Shown: positions 13,501-33,239, numbered from the stretch's first letter. The stretch: 64,000 nucleotides of DNA from Eledone cirrhosa (GCA_964016885.1 OZ024742.1:162316001-162380000); one strand, 5' to 3'. Notes: generated by a model from the letters alone, not told the origin. Numbers and translations: made by a program.

Positions 13501-13912
13501 ATTAGCTAGTTTAGGTGGTGATGGTGGTGGTAGTGGTGATACTGGCTAGTTTAGGTGGTAGTGGTGGTGGTACTGGCTAGTTTAGGTGGTGGTGGTGATA
13601 CTGGCTACATTAGGTGGTGGTGGTGGTGATACTGCATAGTTTAGGTGTTGGCGGTGATATTGGCTAGTATAGGTGGTGGTGGTGATATTGGGTAATTTAG
13701 GTGGTGGTGGGTATATTGGGTAGTTTAGGTGGTGGTGGTGGTGGTGATATTGGCTAGTTTAGGTGGTGGTGGTGATACTGGCTACTTTAGATGGTGGTGG
13801 TGGTGATATTGGCTAGTTTAGGTGGTGGTGGTGGTGATATTGGCTAGTTTAGGTGGTGGTGGTGGTGATATTGGCTAGTTTAGGTGGTGGTGGTGATGAT
13901 ACTGGCTAGTTT
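10591..13912. repeat. 3.3-kb G-rich minisatellite, unit (ggt)n-gata(t/c)tggctagttta
   Basis: Roughly a hundred or more units of about 25-40 bp differing in ggt count. Confidence 0.95.
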
Positions 13913-15870
13913 AATAATAATGAAATTATTGCGTAAAGTGCTCAGGTGCACTACAACTCGTCAAAGGTGTATGTATAGTACATAGAATAATACACAAATG
14001 TCAAGGAAGTGAATAGTGTATGAGTCATGGTATACATGTGTGTATGTGTATGGAGGGGGGAACATTAGCTATAGTATTGGCGCATCTGCGGAAGCATGGA
14101 GGCCTTAAAGGATGCAGTGTCTCGACAGCTAACAACTGATGCAGGTAGTTTGTTCCATGCCTCAGCAACTCTGAGCATGAAAAAAATGTTTCCGAAAGTC
14201 ATGGGAACTGTGCTGTTTTCTGACTTTGTGGGCATGTCCACGTGTGTTAGACACATGGAAATCAAAAAGGTACTCAGGGTTGTTGTTGGCAAAGATGGTT
14301 AACAATTTTGTGGGTGTTTACCAAGTCAGTTGCCAGGTGTCGGAGCTTCAATGTATCCATGCCCAGGGAAGCAATGCGTTCAGAGTATGGTAGATGCCTG
14401 ATGGAGGGTATTCGCTTGGTTGCACGTCTCTGAACATTTTCCAGGCGGTCAATGTTCTGAACAAGATAGGTGTTCCAGATTGGTGATGCAAATTCTAAGT
14501 GTGGCTGCACCATAGCCATGTACAGCCTTAAATAGATGTTTGGAGAGCGGCTGACAAAGGTCTTGCTGAGTGATGCTAAGACACCCTTGGCCCTCTTGAC
14601 AATTTTAGAGACGTGCTTCGTCCAACGCAAATCGTTGCTGATCGTAATGCCCAGGTCACGTTCACAAGAAGACTTCTTGATATTAGTGCTGTTGAGGGAG
14701 TATGTGGACGCTGGGTTTTTACTAAAAAAATGCATGGTGGTGCACTTGTCCACAGCTAGCTTGAGTTGCCACTCTGAGATCCATTGTTGCATTGTGTCCA
14801 GGTCAGACTGCAAGCAAGATCTATAGTGTTCAGGATCTGTTCTTTTTATCTCAAGATACAGCTTGATGTCATCTGCATACTTTAGTACCGTGGCATTCCT
14901 TAAGTTGGCATCTATGTCATTAATATATGCCACAAACAAAAGGGGGCCAAGAACAGATCCCTTTGGTACACCAGATGACATCTCATATGGTGAGGAATGC
15001 TGTCCCAGAACCGTGTCTACCTCTCTTCGACTGAGAATGAAGGACTTCAACCAGTTAAAAAGATCATCCTTCACACCCATTGCAGAGAGTTTTGCCATAA
15101 GCCTTTTGTGTGGCACAGAATTGAAGGCTTTTGCAAAGTCAAGGTAAACCATATCCACCCATGAGCCGCCATCAGTGATCCGGGTGATGTCCTCAAGAAA
15201 CTCTATAAGTTGATCACAGCAGCTGGAGTTGGGGATAAATCCAAATTGCGAGGGCCGGATAAGACTGTGAGAGCTCCAGAAGTTCCAAAGTGTTTCTCTG
15301 ACACAGGATTCCATCAGTTTGGCGATACAACTAGTAAGACTGACTGGGTGATAGTTCACAGGTGATGTGCGGTCACCCTTTTTGAACAGAGGAATGACAC
15401 TGGCAGTTTTCCACTGTTCTGGAGTAGCACTGTTGTTCAGACAGAATTGGAAGAAGCGTGATAACTGGTGCAGAAGGAAGTATCCACCACGTTTAAGAAG
15501 CAGGTACGTAACACCATCAAGACCAGGAGAGGCATGGTTGCGTTTATTTTTTAGGTGGCGTCGCAGCATTGCAGGTGTAAATTCCATGGTTGTAATAGAG
15601 TCCGGTGTCATAGGTGGTGGAGATGGTACACTCTGGTCTTCAATAGTGAAAATGCCTGCATAGCATTCAGCAATGAGCTCTGTGCATTCCTTGGGGTCGT
15701 CAGTAACCTGGCTTGTGTGGGGATTGCGAAGAGGACCAACTGGAGAGTGAAGCCTCTGCTTTGAGTGAACATACTTCCAGAACACCTTACTGTCAGGGCT
15801 GGTTGCTATGTGCTGCTCAAATTGAAGCACTGCCTTTTTTGTCACCTGTTTGAGGTGGTTCGACGATCTA
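13913..15870 (-). mobile_element. CR1-type LINE, 5'-truncated, RT reading frame open
   Basis: ORF 14274-16013: PGLDG, YHPVSLTS, YLDFAKAFNSVPH, GVPKGSVLGPLLF, YADD, LENVQRRATK; no endonuclease; (ATT) tail at 13913. Confidence 0.92.
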
Positions 15871-16068
15871 TTTCGCCTCTTCCTATTAATTAGAGGTAAT
15901 GATTTAATTTGGAAATAATAAACAACCTTCAGCTTCCAGGATGCATGGTAGATTTTTGAGACATAATTTAGGAGAATGCAGCGTCTTCGACGCCGGGAAA
16001 TACGATAACTCAATATTGGCTTCTGATTTAGGCAGACAACCAGAAATATCGGGGGGGTTGGAAAGACA

Positions 16069-16157
16069 GGATTTTGAACTCAGAACGTAAAGGGCTGTAA
16101 CTCTCTGCTACAAACAGGGTGTCTGACGCTCTACAGATACTGCCAATCCACTGTCCT
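16069..16157 (-). mobile_element. SINE family A, 5' fragment
   Basis: Reverse complement of the tRNA-like head. Confidence 0.65.
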
Positions 16158-16329
16158 AATTAACTCAATAATAAAATGTTAATTTATCGTCACCATCATC
16201 ATCACTATTTAATGCCTCCTTTCCGCTCTGGCATAGGTTAGACAATTTGTCATGGAGTGACCAATCTCACTTATTACATTCCATATTTGTCATGGTTTCT
16301 ATGTTTGGATACCCTTCCTAACACCAACC

Positions 16330-16565
16330 ACTTTACAGGGTATGTGGATGTATTTTTTATGATATAAGTGCACGCAATCACTTTAGAAAGTGGACTAGAT
16401 GCATGTAACTGTGGTACGACCACTAGCAATTTACAGGGTGGACTGGGTGTATTTTGTGGTACCAACACTAACACTTTACAGGGTGGACTAGGTGTATTTT
16501 ATTGTGGTACCAGCACTAACACATTACAGGGTGGACTGGGTGCATTTAATTGTGCCACCAGCACT
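16330..16565. repeat. ~42-bp minisatellite
   Basis: ttacagggtggactgggtgtatttt..gtggtaccagcact repeated 3-4 times. Confidence 0.75.
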
Positions 16566-16759
16566 CAAGAGCTTGACATATGCTAGGCCAGACTTGGGAG
16601 TCCCCTCTAATTCAATATTGTCTTCATTTAATTTCAATTGCCAAACTTTGTAGCCACTGATTTGTCACCATGTTTTTTCACAGTGCTTATACTGGTGGAT
16701 AAGGCTTTTATAGTATGGCATATTACCATTCAGTTCAGTCCAGTGTCATCTCTTTCATG

Positions 16760-17290
16760 AGGTTCAGTCTCTTGTCCCATGTCTACTTTTCTCTCTTTCT
16801 TCCACGTGTTCCATCCATCTCAAGCACTCAGCACTTATTTTTACAACTCATCCTATCCTTACACATCACATGACCATACAAATTCAATCGTCTCTCCTGC
16901 ACACTACATTCAGTTCCTCTTATACTCAACTTTTCTCTCAATTCACTTATGCTCTGCCATTTACACACCCAGAAGAGCATGCACGCCTCATTTCTTTTTA
17001 GCCACTGAAATCTCCTGCACCTAAGACCCATACCATGCTGCCATGCAGTATTTCAGTTTTGAACTCATGCATCATATAATCTGCTTTACACTCTGAGAGA
17101 GAAGCTCTTTGTTGCCTGCAGGGGTAATAGCTCCTTGAATTTCTTCCACTTTCTTCTCACTCTGGCTCTAACACTTCCAATACATCCACCTCCACTATTA
17201 ATGAGATCTCTTATAAAGAAGTATTCTACCACTTTCAGTGAACCTTCTGGACATTTGAGAGAGTTTATCTCTTGAGTATCATTACTGCTG
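16760..17290 (-). mobile_element. RTE-clade LINE, C-terminal fragment
   Basis: LREKLSIRG..VQERRLNLYGHV resembles the RTE RRLRWYGHV motif. Confidence 0.7.
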
Positions 17291-17624
17291 ACTACTCCGG
17301 TGCATCTACCACACGTTGTCTACCTTCCTGTCAGTCTATCTGTGGTCTCACTATATCTCTTGTGTATCCACAATCTACACTGAGTACAGCATGTGAAATT
17401 CCTACACACCCAACTACCATCAAGAAACATGTTGTTTCTTGATGGTAGTAGGATTTTAGCAGTATTAGTTATAGATGTTATCGCCACTTTAGCAGGGTGG
17501 TAGAATCAGTGGTCGTTAGTTGCCAGTGTGGTAAGTGATAGTATCCTCGTTGGATTATCTTGTTGACATAGACGTGAGGGATGGTCCCTCGATCTATTTA
17601 CCATCTATTTACAATATTCCTTTC

Positions 17625-18005
17625 GTCAGGTCGCCAATTCCAGTAGCATGGATTAAAGATGTTATTGAGACACGAGTAACATAACGACTTCAACCGCAGT
17701 AATTAGAGATGAAATGTTTGTTTATTTATATGGTTGAAGTTACAGATAAAAAGAGGTTACAAAAATGGAATGTGCCATTGCGCCGTTAAGCCGGCGAGGC
17801 TAGTGGTGCAATATCTCACTGTTACATTATGCGTGTTGCTGGCTCGAAGTTTCTGGTACAAGAGCGAGATTCTTCAAATCTTCGCGGGGAATTTCTTCCT
17901 CAGGGCGCGTAGGGATACATCCTCTTCTACTGGCGCTGATTGGCTGAACTGAGCCAAATCACGCACAGAGAATGTATGTGAGCCCGCGGAATGTAGGTCA
18001 CTACA
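17625..18005 (-). mobile_element. Possible LTR remnant inserted in the RTE copy
   Basis: TG...CA bounded segment (17660-18005), minus-strand aataaa, tggcgacc PBS-like motif about 20 nt beyond; no TSD found. Confidence 0.3.
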
Positions 18006-18290
18006 GGATCTTGTCATTTTCTTACTAAAACTTTAGTCTTTGCTAGGTTTACTCTGATTCTAGATTTTGCTTCCATGTTCGGAATATCTTTTCTAGTTGT
18101 TCAATTGTTTTGGCTATGCGAGCTAGATCATCAGCATATAGGGGCTCCTACTGACAACTAGTCATGAATTCCTGTTCTGACCTGGAGAATTATAATGAAC
18201 AGGAGGGAGCTGAGAACTGAACCTTGGTGGACCCCCATCTGCACACTAAACGTATCACTATACACATTGTTGACTTTTACCTTGTTAGTT
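18006..18290 (-). mobile_element. RTE-clade LINE, RT core fragment
   Basis: Minus translation QMGVHQGSVLSSLLF..YADDLA..NLAKTKVL. Confidence 0.8.
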
Positions 18291-18592
18291 TGGACCTGAT
18301 ATGTGGGTTAGTGGCTTATACATATTCTGCTTATGAAAAGAAGGATGTTTTTGTGATTGCTTGATAACAGCAGTTAATGGTCTCTTAAACATAGACAGAT
18401 GTTTCCATTTAATGTCTCTTGCTATCCTCAGTCAAATGTAAGTAACCCATCTTGGGCAGGAGAGAGAAAGTGCACTTCCTTTTCATTACTGGTGGTGTGA
18501 GGGGTAGTGCGTGTGGACTGCTCATATTTTCTATTATTGGTCTACAAAATTGTAAATACATGTTGGTATTGATCAAGATATTTTACAGTAAG

Positions 18593-19114
18593 ACAAAACA
18601 GAAAGTACTCAAGTGAATATGGTAGGTAGACAATGCTAAGTTAAATTCTCTTTTCTTTAAAAATTTGCTATGTTTAGTTTATAATCTGTTATGACCAGTC
18701 AATATTTGACTGGTCATAACAGATTATAAACTAAATGCAGCAAATTTTTAAAGGAAAGAGAATTTTACTTGGCATTGTCTACTTGTGGAGGCGCAGGGCC
18801 TACCGGTAAGAGTGTTGGACTTATGATCATAATGTTGTGGGTTCATTTCCTGGGCTGTGTTGCATGTTGTGTTCTTGAGCAAAACACTTCATTTCATGTT
18901 GCTCCAGTATACTCAGCTGAAAATGAGTACCAGCAATAGCTGGGGGTTTAACCTTGCAATTGACTGGCGTCCTGTCCAGGGAAGAGTCTTGTACTCTCAG
19001 TCGCTTCATGCCATGAAACTGGGATAAGCTCCAGCCTAACAAGTCTTAAATGGCTTAAGACAAACTTTAGTTGTTTACCTACCATATCGACTTGAGTACA
19101 ATGTCAGTTTTGTT
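18593..19114. repeat. ~110-bp-arm palindrome with its right arm split by a SINE
   Basis: Centre ~18703; arms resume after 19070 (tacctaccatat pairs with atatggtaggta); ttgtctac/ttgtttac flank the SINE. Confidence 0.75.
18787..19070 (+). mobile_element. tRNA-derived SINE, family B
   Basis: ggaggcgca head, ggttcatttcc B-box, ttgtgttcttgagcaaaacactt body shared with 25485 and 34417. Confidence 0.75.
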
Positions 19115-19304
19115 TCATTTTTTAAAAATAAATGGCTATGTGAAGAGAGAAAAAGATGAGTCCACAACCCTTTCCATATCATCTCAGATTGTAAGTTACT
19201 CTCACACCTGAGAACTGATCCAAATGATTACAACAGACCAGGTGGTGGTGTTATATTGGGTAAAAGATTAAGCCTACAACCCAAAGAATAGGAAAAAAAG
19301 TCCT

Positions 19305-19470
19305 TGCAATAGGCTTCCATGCATTTTCGTTTACTAAATTTCACTCACAAGTCTTTTGGTCAACCCTGATCGTATGGTAGAAGACACTTCCCCAAGATAC
19401 CAGGTAGTGAGTGAGATTGAACCTAAAACCAAGAAGCTGCAAAGCAAACTTCTTAACCATAGTCATGCCT
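19305..19470 (-). mobile_element. Old tRNA-derived SINE
   Basis: Minus-strand head ggcatgactatggttaagaag..ggttcaatc, followed by cttggggaagtgtctt. Confidence 0.55.
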
Positions 19471-19599
19471 TGCTTATTTTTAACTGTTCTGCTTAGGATT
19501 TCCGCATTGGAGATATAAGAAGAAATTTCAGTTGGGTAACCATAAAAGTTACATCCTTATAAGAATATCTTTACTTATTATGATACTTGTCACAATCAG

Positions 19600-19915
19600 C
19601 CAAAGCCTCTTGGAGAAAATGGTGTCACCCAATGCCTCTTTGAAGAAATGGTTTCACTCAATGCCTCATGAAAGAAATAGTGCTACTCAATGCCTCTTGG
19701 ATAAAATAGTGCCACTCAATGCTTCTTGGAGAAAATAGTACCACTAAATGCCTCTTGGAGAAATACTGCCACTTAATGTCTCTTGGAGAAAATAGCGTCA
19801 CTTAATGTCTCTCGTAGAAAATAGTGTCACTTAATGTCTCGGAGAAAATGGTGCCATTCAATGCCTCTTGGAAGAAATGGAGCTACTCAATGCTTCTTAG
19901 AAAAAAATGGTACTG
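19600..19915. repeat. ~30-bp minisatellite (aatgcctcttggagaaaatggtgccactc)
   Basis: About 10 tandem copies. Confidence 0.85.
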
Positions 19916-20487
19916 TCCACATTTGTGGAAGAACATATTTACACTGGAAGCAACCAAACAAATGTTCTGAAGAGTTAATATAAGAGGAAGAGGTGACATT
20001 GTGGATATAAAAGGAAATGAATTTATAATGAATAATATAAAAAGAGGAGTGTGAAGGTGTAAAAGAAGTGATATATAGTAGGACATTTTAATGAGTTCAG
20101 CTCCTTATAAACCTAAATGACCAAAACTATCAATACTAAGTGTGCTTGCATTAATGTCATTCAGCACAAGGTAAAGGTTACTGTTGCTATATATAACAAA
20201 TATTTACAGACACTTCACTGTTCTAATATTCCTTGACAACAGGGTTTTTATGTTGTATTTGTTTGGGGTTTCTTTTGTGTTTCTATTTCTTGTTACTATG
20301 TAAATATGAGAAAATCATGGAAGGTTTCTTGTTTCCCTTTAATCAACTGTGAGTGTCAATTTCTTCCTCTATTCTCTAATTCCATCTTCAGTGTCTTTCA
20401 GTTCATTATTGATAATGTCGACATCTTATTCAAGTAGGTCGATTGAAACAAGATATAAAATTATTTCTGTGTCTCTCTAACATTTGG

Positions 20488-21235
20488 GTGCAGTGAGTTG
20501 CAATATATGTAGTGTGTGCAATTATATGTGCAGTGTATAACAGAATTGCACAATGTTACAATATGTGCAGTACATTGCATCATATGCAGTGTGTAACAAT
20601 ATGTGCAATGTGTTACAGTAAGTGTAGTATGTTACAATACATGCAGTGTGTTAGTGCATGTGCAGTGTGCTTCAGTATATGCAGTGTATTTCAATATATG
20701 TAGTATGCAACAATATGTGCAGTGGTCAACAGTGTGCGCAGTGTGAAAATGTACATGCACTGTGTTACAGTATGTAACAATATGTGCAGTGTACAACTGT
20801 ATGTGATGTGTTACAGTATGTTATAATATATGCAGTATGTGCCATGTGTTACTCTATGTGCAATGGGTTAAAAAATAATGCAGTATATAACAATATGTGC
20901 AGTTACAGTATATGCAATGTTACATTATATGCAGTGTGTTAAAATATGTGCAATGTTAGAGTATATAAAGTGTGTGCTGTGTTACAGTATGTGCAGAGTG
21001 CTAAACCATATGCAGTGTGTCAAATTATTTGCAGAGTGTAATAATATGTAGTGTGTTACCTTATATTTCAATATATACAGTATGTGCAGTGTGTTAAAAT
21101 ATTTGTAGTATGTGCAGTGTGTTAAAATATTTGTAGTATGTGTAGTGTGTTAAAATATTTGCAGTTTGTGCAGTGTTAAAATATTTGCAGTTTGTCACAT
21201 TATGTGTAGAGTGTAATAATATGTGCTGTGTGTTT
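20488..21235. repeat. Degenerate ~19-bp minisatellite (tatgtgcagtgtgttacaa)
   Basis: Directly visible periodicity. Confidence 0.8.
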
Positions 21236-21827
21236 GTTACAATGTCACCTGTTGTAGTTCTCATAAACAAGTGATTCAGCCACTGTAATGGACAGAGAAT
21301 TCTTCTCAGAGGAGAGAAAAGAAAAGAAAAAAATGTCAAAAAGAAAAGACAAAACAATAAATAAATAGCAAGTAGAATGGAGAGTATTTGTATTGAGACA
21401 ACAGTTACCATGGTAACGAAAGAAGAAATATTTTGCTATTTATAAAGAGAACATTATTGAAGTAGAAATATTGTCACATCTCATGTTTTCTATGGAATCA
21501 ACGTTGACATTTTATTATACATAACATAAATACACCACTACCACAGCCACTACAACCAACCACAACACTACCACAGCCACCATCACCACTGCTACTACAA
21601 CCTACACAATCACAACTACCACCTACATCATCATCATTACCATCACCACGAACAGTTAAGAAGCTTGTGTGTGAATTTACCTTGTCTCTAGTGACAAGTT
21701 GGAAAAACAATAAAAGGGAATACTTTCTTCTCAAGAGAACACTAAATCTCATTGTCCTGTACCACATGAAACCACATTAGTAAGACATTGTGAAAAGTAC
21801 AATACTGCATAATATTCACTAACAGCA

Positions 21828-22078
21828 AATGACTGATTTTAACATTAACATTAGTAACTACTTGTGACTGATCTTTATATTAAGTGGTAACTACATGTGA
21901 CTGTTCTTAACATGAACAGTGGTGACCACATATGACTGATCTTAACATTAACAGTGGTAACTACATGTGACTGGTCTTAACATCAATAGTGACAGTGTCT
22001 TGTAACTGATCTAAAATTAAGTGACAGTGGTGACTACATATGACTGATCTTGACATTAACAGTGGTAATACATGTGAC
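21828..22078. repeat. ~36-bp minisatellite (gtgactgatcttaacattaacagtggtaactacat)
   Basis: 6-7 tandem copies. Confidence 0.8.
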
Positions 22079-22182
22079 AAATGTTATTGGGGAAGATAAA
22101 AGCCCTTAAAATGGTTTCTATTCACCCACCTTATTACTAATAATAGTAATTTCAGAAGAACTGAACAACTAGTGAGCATTAT

Positions 22183-22370
22183 GTGGATTGGCAGTATCGG
22201 TAGAGGGTCTGACGCCATGCTTTGCAGCAAAGAGTTACGCCCCTTTATGGTTTGAGTTCAAATCCCGCCGAGGTTAACTTTGCCTTTCATCCTTACGGGG
22301 TCGATAAAATAAAGTACCAGTAATGCACTGGATAATTGCTGGCCTTGTGCCAAAAGTAGAAACAATTATA
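22183..22370 (+). mobile_element. SINE family A
   Basis: Near full-length match to the other copies. Confidence 0.85.
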
Positions 22371-22534
22371 TATATATATTATGTATTCAAAGTCTTTAAG
22401 AAGATTCATTTATATTAACTTCACCAGTTTCACAATTTCCTGATTTTCAAAAGTTATGTTAGTTGGAGGGGAATAGAGCTATTCCGTAACTGTCTGTTTA
22501 TCTCACATAAATTTTGAAAATCATAAAATTGTGA

Positions 22535-23255
22535 AACCTGCATAAATATGAGCTGTAACAGCATGATAGAACTGGGGCTCCTAACATTAGCACACAAGAA
22601 ACCTCCTTTGAGATATAATCTTATAAAAGACCAGTTAACCTCTTCAGTGCCGTAGACGAGATAACTCGTCCTAACATGTTTGAACTCTTTTCCAACAGTT
22701 CATAACTTCAAAGTTATGAACTTGTTTCCTACATACAGTTCATAACTTCAAAGCTAGATGGGGTTACTAGTTTATTGATGTGAAATTTGTCAATCATTCA
22801 GATATGTGTTGTTAATAAATGTTTAAGAAAATAGTCATATAACTGAAAAAAAAAAACTGGCATAGCAACTGTAGCTGTGTAAAATATACATGGCAGTCAA
22901 TAGGTTAAACCTAGATTTGTGTGAGATGTTACAAAGACACCTGAGAAATCTATGAAATAACTCTTAGGAGGCCAGTTAAATCTACATAGGCGTGAGCTGT
23001 AACAACATAAGACTGGGGCCCCCCTATCATTTAAACAACCAAGAAACCTCTTGAGATATATAACCTCTTAGGAGGTCAGCTAAACCTACATAGGCGTGAG
23101 CTGTAACAACAACAGCATGGTGGGCACCTATCATTTAAACACCTGAGAAACTTCATATGAATTACGACCTGTAACAGCATTAAAACACCACAAAAACCTA
23201 TGAGATACGTCCTCATAGGAGGTTATCTAAACCTACATAGTTAGGAACTGAACTG
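22535..23255. repeat. Degenerate ~100-120-bp tandem repeat, with related copies at 25200-25330 (inverted) and 25590-25700
   Basis: Recurring aaacctacataggcgtgagctgtaaca..gagaaacctc..cttaggaggccag. Confidence 0.6.
22639..22904. mobile_element. piggyBac-like MITE
   Basis: TTAA on both sides; imperfect TIRs cctcttcagtgccgta / catggcagtcaatagg; the neighbouring tandem unit shows the empty site ccagttaaatct. Confidence 0.7.
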
Positions 23256-23714
23256 TAAATTGCATTTCCATTTTCTGTTTGACAATACAATAACAACAAC
23301 ACATTTTATGTACAGTGATTAAGTTTATATGAAAACTTAACAGATTTGGCAAGAGATTAGCAAAGATTACTACATAATCTTGTCTGATTAGGTTCGTATT
23401 TTATCTAAATGAATCACTGAATTTCATTGATTCAAAATTTCATTTGCCCTTTTACAGTAAAAAAAAAAAAGAAAAAGAGAGAAAGAAAGAACAAATGTGG
23501 CTGTCTATGCACACACAAATTCTACACCTGACTTGGACAAGATGGCAAAAATGCTGCTGCAGAAAACTACTGCATCAGCTATTTCACCATCCTCAGGTGA
23601 GATGCACTCCCCACCCCTTAATTTTACAGAGAAAAACAACAAACATAGGACTGAGGACACCAGAGGTTTTGATGGCAACTGGTGAAAAAAAAAAAAAAAA
23701 ATAGTCAGAGATTG

Positions 23715-23975
23715 ATATTTAGTTATCTACACATCTGTGGCAGTCCAGGGATCAAGGAAGACACCAAATGTTTTAGCTATCTTTTGCACCTCTGTGGCAG
23801 TCCAGGGACTGAGGAAGACATCAGATGTCTTATCTTCTGCTTCTCTGCCGTAGTCCAGGGACCAAGGAAGACACCATATGTCTTAGCTATCTTCTGCTCC
23901 TCTGTGACAGTCCAGGGACCGAGGAAGACACCAAATGTCTTAGCTATCTTTGTGGAAGTCCAGGGACCAAGACAC
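23715..23975. repeat. ~57-bp minisatellite
   Basis: gtccagggaccgaggaagacaccaaatgtcttagctatct repeated about 5 times. Confidence 0.85.
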
Positions 23976-25477
23976 AGTGACTAGTACAACACTAAAACAG
24001 TGTCAAACCTTGGTATTCACTCATGTTCCACTTGTGTTGTGGGTGCCAATATCTGGATTTGTGGCTGAAGTAATGAGGTTGGAACCCGAAAGCGTTTTAT
24101 TCAAACTGTATTAGAAACAATACAACAGTTTTGTTTCCTGGTCATATTTCTATCTTGAATTATAGACTCTTTATTTTCTAGATTTTAATAGCTATTTTGT
24201 TACTATATTTCTAAAGGAAGTCTATCGTTTTCATATAATTCTGAAAGTATTCAAGAATTTTGAGGATTTATGAATATAACTAACTTTCTCATTAGAACCT
24301 AACAGAAAATTACAATAGGTTTTAAAATAAATATAAGCACTTTAAAATAAACAGTTTTATATCATGGAACCAGGGGTGATGTCAGGTGGTTTGGTATCAA
24401 AAGGGTTCATATGATTGAAGTTACATACCAACAATACGTAACTTTAATAGCAATCAATATATGGTCATTGTTTCCCCTGCATATTAGATTGAATGTAAAC
24501 AATGGAAACATTTTCCTTTGAGTGAGTATTTCGGTATATCACGGAGAATGTCGGACACAAACTGTTGATAACAAGCACAAAGAAAAAAATTATTCATTAC
24601 ATACGTATACATTTATGTATCCGAACACGTATGTATTCAACAATCTCCGTGATGTGTCCAAATACACACACAAAATAAAAAAAGATTTTACAGATTACAT
24701 TCAGTCTCCGACCTACAAAAGATCGTCCAATAAACAATACAATTGATGATATTTGTGTTCAACGAAGCAAATGTTAGTATACACCTGGGGTCACAAATAT
24801 GCGACCTGGAAACTGCTTTTAAAGCGTGGTAATTTGTCCCTGTTTTAATAATATTTATAGTACAATTTATATACAACAAAATAGAAAAAAAAAAACAGCA
24901 TTTATCAAAAGTAAAATCGGAATTAAGGAAAATTCGCCCCCTCACATGCGTTTAAATTTTAATGAAAAATAGATAAATAAATAGCAGCCTATCAGTTTTA
25001 TCGCAGATCAGCATTATAACTAGTGGAAATCACGACTCTATCCTCCATCTCACTGTGCCTCTTTTAAGTCCTTGGGTTTGAGACCACCGTGATAAATTAA
25101 GTCTTAGAACACAAGTACAAAATATTCAGGGGAGGTAATTCACATTTTCAGCAACTGGGTTTCTCATGTTTTTATGATATACCCACTCCACAACCCTGTC
25201 ATGATGATACTTGTTATAACTCATTCCTATGTAGGTTTCGCTGACCTACTATGAGGCTGCATCACACAGGAGGTTTCTCCGCTGTTTTAATGATAGGGGC
25301 TTCACTCCTATTGCAGGTTTACCAGCCTCTTAACAAAAAAACTCCAAATTCAAATATGTGATTTAAAAACAAACTCGAAGCCCATATTTAGCAGCAAAAA
25401 TAATCTAATGTCAAATAAAAGCTGGATTGGAGCCAAAACCCACCTCCTTTCAACAGCAAAATGGGGACATGCTAGAA

Positions 25478-25588
25478 CTGGCACTTGGTGGTTAGATTAT
25501 TCGACTTACGAACATAAGGTGGTGGGTTCGATTCTCAGACTGGACGGTGTGTTGTGTTTTTGAGCAAAACGCTTCATTTCATGTTACA
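25478..25588 (+). mobile_element. SINE family B, 5' fragment
   Basis: ggttcgattc B-box followed by ttgtgtttttgagcaaaacgcttcatttc. Confidence 0.6.
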
Positions 25589-25969
25589 TTCCATGATAGG
25601 CCTGGGGCTGCTATCATTAAAACATCTGAGAAACCTCCTATGAGACACAGTATTGGTTGAGGCCAACCAAACCTACATACATGTGTGCTGTAAATTTCAT
25701 TCTATTTGCAGCTAAGCAACATATCTTCTGAAATTCTAATTACATCTTTGGGTAAAAACAAACAGTTTAATATCCAATGTGTTGTCCATTAAAAAAGAAT
25801 AAACAAAAACAAGTTCCAATTTTATTCGCTGTGAGTTCAAAAATTGTTACATTTAAAAAAAGTTATTTAAATCAAATCTCACCTTTTGATTTTCAGTGTA
25901 AAATTTAATATAATTTGAATTATATTTTATATATGATCACAGTCCATCGACTGGGAGCCATTAAAAAAG

Positions 25970-32061
<6,092 letters not shown>

Positions 32062-32261
32062 NNNNNNNNNNNNNNNNNNNNNNNNNNNNNNNNNNNNNNN
32101 NNNNNNNNNNNNNNNNNNNNNNNNNNNNNNNNNNNNNNNNNNNNNNNNNNNNNNNNNNNNNNNNNNNNNNNNNNNNNNNNNNNNNNNNNNNNNNNNNNNN
32201 NNNNNNNNNNNNNNNNNNNNNNNNNNNNNNNNNNNNNNNNNNNNNNNNNNNNNNNNNNNNN
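32062..32261. other. Assembly gap (200 N)
   Basis: Run of N. Confidence 1.
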
Positions 32262-32882
32262 GTGTAATGAAATTCTATAGAAGGATAAATAGAACTTATT
32301 TTGTATATCAACAGATATATTCCATTGCGAATACAAGCGACCAAAATAGGGTTCCTCCGAAGGGTCTATGATAGAGTGCGTAGCTCGAAGACCAGGGAGT
32401 CACTCCAGGTAGATCTGCTACTTCTCCGAATTTAGAGATCACAGCTCCGATACTATTGACAATGTGGTCAGAATGTCTAAGAAAGAATCGCTGGATAGAT
32501 TTTACGGGCAAAACGAAACGGTTAGAGACCCAGGGGCAAGATTGTTGGATAACATTAATAAGCTCGGTTGGTCTCGCTTGAGGACTCAAGTGGAGAGGAT
32601 GCTTCTGATAGGATCCGCTGGGAGGCGTGTCTGAAGACTCTTCCCCCACGACCCTCCCAGAAATAAGTGAGCAAAGAAGAAAAAAGCAAAAAAGCAGATA
32701 GGCTTTGGGGAGGGGTGAGCTTTCATCTTTCGTAAGTGGTAATCGGAATGTAAATACTAAAATCGACATTTTCTGACATTCTCATACACACACACACAAA
32801 CACTCACATTTACACACACACATACTCACACACACAAATATATATATACATATGTGTGTGTGTGTGTGGTATGGTGGAAACG

Positions 32883-32965
<83 letters not shown>

Positions 32966-32986
32966 TGTGTGTGTGTAGAGGAAACC

Positions 32987-33077
32987 ACGAGTCTGATGAG
33001 CTATCGATTCCAGAGTCGGGCTCAATCGATACTGATTGTACTTTGAGCTAATCGATTACGAAACGCGCGTCGCACGT
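32987..33077 (+). ncRNA. Type I hammerhead with palindromic stem III (PLE-type)
   Basis: acgagt-CUGAUGA-g..atcgatt...aatcgat..c-GAAAC-GCGC-GUC-gcacgt, followed by aataaa. Confidence 0.75.
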
Positions 33078-33107
33078 CAATAAACATAATGATGATATTT
33101 CGACACC

Positions 33108-33212
33108 TCGCCGAGGTTAACTTTGCCTTTCCTCCTTACAGGGTCGATAAAATAAAGTACCAGTAATACACTGGAGTAATTGTTGGCCTTGTGCCAAAAG
33201 TAGAAACAATTA
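33108..33212 (+). mobile_element. SINE family A, 3' half
   Basis: cgccgaggttaactttgcc..gaaacaatt. Confidence 0.8.
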
Positions 33213-33239
33213 CTATTACTAACATTCTACTTATGAAGG

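Noticed and set aside
10591-13912. Telomeric repeat or Pro/Thr-rich coding repeat
   Set aside because: Contains ttagg but no tandem TTAGGG; stops recur in nearly every unit
23444-23984. Short ORFs as a host exon
   Set aside because: Overlap a minisatellite and poly-A runs; no domain evidence
32308-32769. 153-aa minus-strand ORF beside the gap
   Set aside because: No recognisable motif; probably a repeat fragment
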